From the NCBI RefSeq assembly GCF_000011325.1, contig NC_003450.3:2670001-2702000 (forward strand): DNA of 32,000 nucleotides, read 5' to 3'. The stretch comes from Corynebacterium glutamicum ATCC 13032. Its GTDB lineage: Bacteria > Actinomycetota > Actinomycetes > Mycobacteriales > Mycobacteriaceae. Positions 28,192 to 32,000 of this stretch are shown one piece after another; position 1 is the first letter of the stretch, and every line of letters begins with the position of its first letter. A program made the position numbers and the translations under genes. The notes beneath the pieces are model-generated. The model did no database searches. It saw only the letters and a list, made by a program, of their open reading frames with translations, and had not been told where the DNA came from.

Positions 28192-29580
28192 TTAGGAGCG
28201 AACCTCTGCAGGCTCAGTTTCTTTCTCAGAGACGGTTGCCATTTCAATAGCAGCGCCACCCTTTTCAGCAGCATCCCACACATCCTGATCCAGAATGCCC
28301 TCGCGCTTAGCAACGATCGCAGGAACCAGTGCCTGACCGGTGACGTTGGTTGCGGTACGTCCCATGTCGATGATTGGCTCGATAGCCAGCAGCAGACCAA
28401 CACCAGCAAGTGGCAGACCCAAGGTGGATAGGGTCAGGGTCAGCATGACGGTTGCGCCAGTGGTGCCTGCAGTTGCAGCAGAGCCCAGGACAGAGACGAT
28501 CATGATCAGTACGTAATCCATGATGCTCAAGTCAATGCCGTAGAACTGTGCCACGAAGATAGCGGCAACAGCTGGGTAGACAGCAGCGCAGCCGTCCATC
28601 TTGCTGGTCGCACCCAGTGGGATAGCAAAGGAAGCGTACGCAGATGGAACACCCAAGGACTGCTCAGTAACGCGCTGGGTAACTGGCATAACGCCCATGG
28701 AGGAACGGGTAACAAAGCCAAGGCTTGTGACAGGCCAAACGCGCTTGAAGAATCCAAGAACAGGAATTCCATTGAGCTTCAGCACGACTGGGTAGATAAC
28801 GAACATGACGATTGCCAGACCAACGTAGATCGCAAGAACAAACTTGCCCAGGGATCCAAGTGCAGACCAACCGTAGGTAGCAACAGCATTACCGATCAGC
28901 GCAGCGGAACCAATTGGAGCCAGGCGAATAATCCACCACAACACGATCTGGATGATCTTGAGGAAGGACTCGGTGAACTTCAAGAAAGGCTCGGCGGACT
29001 TGCCAGCCTTCAGAGCTGCAACACCAATCGCAATGGAGATAACCAGGATCTGCAGCACGTTGAAGGACAGGTTCACACCAGAGTTCTCACTGTAAGAACC
29101 GGAAAGTCCCAGAATGTTTGATGGAATAACGGACTGGATAAAGCCCAGCCAGCTGCCCACGCGAGAAGGATCAGCAGCATTAGATGCGTCGACAGTGGAT
29201 CCAACACCAGGCTGCATAATCAGCGCTACGGCGATACCCGCGAGCACAGAGAAGAATGCAGTAATGGCGAACCACACCAAGGTGGAAACAGCCAGGCGAG
29301 CAGCGTTAGCTACCTCGCGCAACTTTGCCACACTGGTAACCACTGCAGCGAACACCAGTGGTGGAACCATAACTTTAAGTAGAGAAACATAAGCAGAACC
29401 GACGCCGCTAAGAAGACCGGTAAGCCAGCTTGCTTCACCGTCTGCAGCGCCGCTGTCCATGCCTCGGGCGACAAGGCCGAGAATAAGACCAAGAATGAGG
29501 CCGGCGATAACCTGGGCACCAAAGCCAGTCATCCAGCCGGGAAGGCCGAAACGGCCCTTCTGTGCGGTGGCGTTAGCCAT
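28192..29580 (-). CDS. Dicarboxylate/amino acid:cation symporter (DAACS family)
   Basis: About 462 aa with the DAACS re-entrant loop motifs (TRSSMGVMPVT, SKMDGCAAVY, GATVML). I prefer the ATG at 29580, which has AAGGAG 8 nt upstream, over the GTG at 29589. Confidence 0.9.
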   Translation of the reverse strand: MANATAQKGRFGLPGWMTGFGAQVIAGLILGLILGLVARGMDSGAADGEASWLTGLLSGVGSAYVSLLKVMVPPLVFAAVVTSVAKLREVANAARLAVSTLVWFAITAFFSVLAGIAVALIMQPGVGSTVDASNAADPSRVGSWLGFIQSVIPSNILGLSGSYSENSGVNLSFNVLQILVISIAIGVAALKAGKSAEPFLKFTESFLKIIQIVLWWIIRLAPIGSAALIGNAVATYGWSALGSLGKFVLAIYVGLAIVMFVIYPVVLKLNGIPVLGFFKRVWPVTSLGFVTRSSMGVMPVTQRVTEQSLGVPSAYASFAIPLGATSKMDGCAAVYPAVAAIFVAQFYGIDLSIMDYVLIMIVSVLGSAATAGTTGATVMLTLTLSTLGLPLAGVGLLLAIEPIIDMGRTATNVTGQALVPAIVAKREGILDQDVWDAAEKGGAAIEMATVSEKETEPAEVRS

Positions 29581-29862
29581 GGGTAGCACTCCTTGCGTTT
29601 AGCGGTTGAATTGAATTCATTAACTGTAACGCTGTAGACAGGAATTTATTGCATTAGTGTGACCAAATTAACCGAAGCTGTCTATAAAGATTAAACAGAT
29701 CTGTCTATTTTTATACCATAACAGCAGGTCAGGGGAATTATGATCAAATAGACCCATAAGTCTAGTTTTCACCCCCGCAACCACGCGCTGACCGAAAACG
29801 AGAGAAAACTGTCACGCTCTTCAAAGATAAATATGCTATTGAAGCCCCTTAGAAAAATGCAC

Positions 29863-29902
29863 AAAAAAATTGGGGCCCTCCAGAAATTCTGGAAAGCCCC
29901 AA
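29863..29902 (-). terminator. Intrinsic terminator downstream of the ABC permease gene
   Basis: The hairpin TTGGGGCCCTCCAGAA-A-TTCTGGAAAGCCCCAA spans 29870-29902. On the minus strand it is followed by TTTTTTT (A-run 29863-29869 on +). Confidence 0.85.
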
Positions 29903-29923
29903 CTGATTCAACTGCCGCTAAAA

Positions 29924-32000
29924 CTAGTCGGTAATCGCATCCAAAGGTGGTGTCCTAGATGCCTTGACTGCCGGCCACAGCGCGGCGATAACACCGACTA
30001 CAGCGGAACCAACAAGCATCAGTCCGACCTGACCCCACGGGATACTAACCGCAGCGTCTAGTCCTTCGCCTGACATCACTGTCACAAAGGCCCAGCCCAG
30101 ACCAAGACCAATCGCGATACCAATCACAGCACCGTAGATGGCGATCTGAACAGATTCTAAGGTGATCATGGTGCGGACCTGTCCGCGCTTCACGCCAACT
30201 GCGCGGAGCATACCGATCTCCTGGCGACGCTCGATCACATTCAGTGCCAGGGTGTTGATGATGCCGATGATGGCAACAATGACAGACAGAGCAAGCAGCG
30301 CGTACAGAATGTTCATCATGGTGTCGATCATCGCAACCGTTTCACCAGCGAACTCGGTTGCTGATTTCACAGAGATGACAATGTAATCAGCGACTGCGTC
30401 TTCCAAGTTGGTGCGCAGTTGTTCCTTATCAAAGCCTTCTTCGCCTACCACCAGCATCATCTGAGGAACAGCAGTGTCTGCCGCTGGTGTATCAGCCAAG
30501 GAACTTTCGGAGATGATCATATTTCCGATGGCGTCGTTTCCGGTGAAGGTACCGATCAACTCGATATCGCCGATGGTCTGCCCCATTGATTCAAGCTGCA
30601 GAGTATCGCCTACTGCCCAGCCGTTTTCATCAGCAAACGTCTGGTTAGTCACAACACCTGGGTTGCTCAAGTCGAGGGAGCCATCAATGCTTTCTGTGCT
30701 GATGACCTTGCTCAGGTCGCCGTCAGCGACAAAGGTTACAGACTGGCCCAGCTGGCTGTATGAAGCCTGACCGTTCACCGAGGCAGAGTTCATGGAAACG
30801 AGCACGACATCGGCAACGCCCTCAGCATCGCGAACATCATTGACAGATTCCTTCGGCATGGTGATGGAACCGTTGGTTGGTCCCTGCAGGATGTAATCTG
30901 CGGTGTACTGCTCCGCCATCATGTCGGAGACTGCGTCCTTCATGGTTGCAGAAAGCATGCCAATTGCAGTCACTAAGGCAATGCCCAACGTCAGTGCGAA
31001 CGCTGTAGTTGCGGTACGGCGAGGGTTTCGCTTGGAGTTGGTCGCAGCAAGGCTTCCAACGCTGCCAAACGGTGCACCGATAACCTTGCCCAGGCCACCC
31101 ACCACAGGCATGGAGAGCGCTGGTGAGAAGAGGAACGTACCCACGATGACAAACAGTGCACCAATGCCCACCAGGATGGAACGAGTAGCGGTGGAAGAAT
31201 CAGTCATCATCGCACCGGCAATCGCAAAGATGATGCCGAGTGCTAGAACGATGCCACCGGTGATCGTGCGCCCCATCATGGAACGCATAGTGGTGGTTTC
31301 CATGTTGCGCATCGCTTCAACAGGCTTAACCTCACCTGCACGACGAGCCGGAGCCCACGCGCTCACAATGGTGACAACGGTGCCCAATACGAGCGCGGTA
31401 ACCACTGCAGAAGGAGTCAAGCCAACGCTGGATCCCATCGGCATGCCCAGGTTATTGAGGACAGCTGAAATGATCGCTACGAGGCCCATACCACCCAGCA
31501 CACCAAGAGCAGAGCCGAAGAGGCCAACGATGGTTGCTTCCAGCACCACAGAGCGAGTGATCTGTCCTGGCGCCGCACCCAGGGCTCGCAGGAGAGCGAA
31601 CTCACGCATGCGCTGAGCCACAATCATGGAGAAGGTATTCGCGATGATGAAGGTACCAACCAGCAGTGCAATGAGACCGAAGGCAACGAGGAAGTACTGC
31701 ACGAAGCTCAAGGCCTGCGTGATCATTCCTGTAGCCTGCTCGACTAGCGCTTCGCCGGTTTCTACATCAAAGTTCGATCCAAGTTCGGCAGCGAGGGCGT
31801 CGACAAGCTCTTGAGGCGTGGTGCCATCTGCAGCCGACAGCATGACGCTGGGGACGGTAGCCCCGTCGGTGTAACGCTCCAGGTAGCCAGCTTCCGACAT
31901 CTGCAGGTTCAGCGCGGTGGCCGAATCCGTCTCAGTGGTGGTCAGGCCTGTGATGGTGACGTTGTAGCGGCCACTGGAGTCCACGACCAAGATCTGGTCC
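29924..32000 (-). CDS. MacB/FtsX-type ABC transporter permease with two FtsX domains (5' end beyond the right edge)
   Basis: The reading frame stays open to the window edge. There are two 4-TM FtsX modules (REFALLRALGA and QEIGMLRAVGV motifs) separated by a large extracytoplasmic domain. Confidence 0.88.
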   Translation of the reverse strand, partial: DQILVVDSSGRYNVTITGLTTTETDSATALNLQMSEAGYLERYTDGATVPSVMLSAADGTTPQELVDALAAELGSNFDVETGEALVEQATGMITQALSFVQYFLVAFGLIALLVGTFIIANTFSMIVAQRMREFALLRALGAAPGQITRSVVLEATIVGLFGSALGVLGGMGLVAIISAVLNNLGMPMGSSVGLTPSAVVTALVLGTVVTIVSAWAPARRAGEVKPVEAMRNMETTTMRSMMGRTITGGIVLALGIIFAIAGAMMTDSSTATRSILVGIGALFVIVGTFLFSPALSMPVVGGLGKVIGAPFGSVGSLAATNSKRNPRRTATTAFALTLGIALVTAIGMLSATMKDAVSDMMAEQYTADYILQGPTNGSITMPKESVNDVRDAEGVADVVLVSMNSASVNGQASYSQLGQSVTFVADGDLSKVISTESIDGSLDLSNPGVVTNQTFADENGWAVGDTLQLESMGQTIGDIELIGTFTGNDAIGNMIISESSLADTPAADTAVPQMMLVVGEEGFDKEQLRTNLEDAVADYIVISVKSATEFAGETVAMIDTMMNILYALLALSVIVAIIGIINTLALNVIERRQEIGMLRAVGVKRGQVRTMITLESVQIAIYGAVIGIAIGLGLGWAFVTVMSGEGLDAAVSIPWGQVGLMLVGSAVVGVIAALWPAVKASRTPPLDAITD

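Overview
This window looks like a Corynebacterium glutamicum-type actinobacterial chromosome segment. I recognised the gene order from memory and ran no database search. About two thirds is conserved core. It contains serB (partial), ctaD, the split class Ib ribonucleotide reductase set (nrdF, then nrdH-nrdI-nrdE), and ftn. It also has a GntR regulator, a DtxR/MntR-type regulator, nadE, a PrpD-family/ComA-like gene pair, tRNA-Ala, pgm, a crcB pair, a DAACS symporter and a MacB/FtsX permease (partial). A 40-aa Cys-less L36 gene is absent from the ORF track. The clear accessory region is 21565-27385. Two diverged, same-orientation IS1380-family elements bracket a lower-GC cargo. The cargo encodes a secreted protein that fuses LGFP cell-wall repeats to a C-terminal prokaryotic phospholipase A2-like domain. 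It also encodes a tightly linked 4-TM small protein and a truncated IS630-type transposase. The pentamer TTAAA sits at three IS junctions. Removing the whole block in silico restores a TTAA stop-codon overlap between the flanking convergent genes. The LGFP-PLA2 plus membrane-protein pair is my best candidate for an undescribed system, possibly an envelope-tethered lipolytic effector with an immunity or partner protein. Candidate NrdR, DtxR and GlxR sites, several intrinsic terminators and some unexplained repeat motifs are also listed. The ORF track uses ATG/GTG/TTG starts, and several of its starts are over-extended. I corrected these where RBS spacing or family length argued for it.
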